Part shown: positions 63,619 through 64,000 of the stretch, one piece after another
How the letters are laid out: every line of letters starts with the position of its first letter
How positions within the stretch are numbered: the first letter of the stretch is position 1
Assembly (NCBI GenBank): GCA_963845755.1
Contig: CAWJTV010000003.1
Location: 32,001 to 96,000 of the forward strand
Reading direction: 5' to 3'
DNA length: 64,000 nucleotides
Origin: an uncultured Planctomycetota bacterium
GTDB taxonomy: Bacteria; Planctomycetota; Planctomycetia; Isosphaerales; Isosphaeraceae
Notes under the pieces: generated by a model
The model's database searches: none
The model's input: only the letters and a program-made list of their open reading frames with translations
Told to the model about the DNA's origin: nothing
Position numbers and translations under genes: made by a program

Positions 63619-64000
63619 TTACTTCCTCGCGGCGGCGAGGATCTTCTGATCGACCATGGCGATTTGCCTTCGGGTCTCGATAACCTCAGCCTGAGCGACC
63701 GCGATGGCCTTGTCGAGCTCGGCGACGGCCGTCACCGCCTTTTGGAACTTGCCGTTCTGGTCTTCCAACCGCTGATCCAGCTCGCCGAGCATGCCCTTGG
63801 CACTCGCGAGAATCTCTGCACGAGTCGTCCCAGCGAACTGTGGGTGCGTACTCTTGTCGCCAATAAACTCCTGCCAGTGATGGTCCCAGTTCCTATTATG
63901 AGCCCACGTGAAATTCTTGAGGCTCATCCATGCCTGGTACAGGCCATCCCAGGTGTGAACGAGGTCGAAAGGAGCACGATACTCATGGTGCGCCTTATTC
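63619..64000 (-). CDS. Coiled-coil hypothetical protein, 5' part outside window
   Basis: Frame appears open to the window end; C-terminal heptad pattern. Confidence 0.6.
   Translation of the reverse strand, partial: NKAHHEYRAPFDLVHTWDGLYQAWMSLKNFTWAHNRNWDHHWQEFIGDKSTHPQFAGTTRAEILASAKGMLGELDQRLEDQNGKFQKAVTAVAELDKAIAVAQAEVIETRRQIAMVDQKILAAARK

Overview
GC-rich bacterial DNA whose gene content (DUF4058, Uma2, long-tailed ECF sigma factors, Ser/Thr kinase-TPR proteins, Pro-rich BamA) points to a planctomycete, probably Isosphaeraceae-like; this is inference. Many genes are split by single-base frameshifts, most likely long-read consensus errors. The backbone carries a Bat/VWA operon, DUF2079, ECF sigmas, FHA, bamA, MEMO1/AmrB, cbiET, a PIG-L deacetylase, a PP2C/kinase pair, lhr and hutX. 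Accessory structure: (1) a 4.1-kb element bounded by IS3-type inverted repeats with a 3-bp target duplication that has lost almost all of its transposase and carries a 1,095-aa Ser/Thr kinase-TPR gene; (2) two integrase-less islands, each flanked by a duplicated upstream region plus 5' end of a host gene: a ~14-kb defence island in lhr (RhuM, group II intron remnant, IS, Cas4/Dna2-like nuclease-SF1 helicase, SacI-like M-C-R-Vsr system, PemK TA pair, short repeat array) and a ~1.5-kb island in DUF2079 (RloA/AbiEii-like ATPase); (3) IS4 and IS5 elements with both ends intact, the IS5 splitting an unannotated gene; (4) a sigma-54 promoter and a 31-aa small ORF upstream of MEMO1; (5) recurrent GTCGAC->GTCAAC changes at conserved Asp codons, suggesting a methylation footprint.
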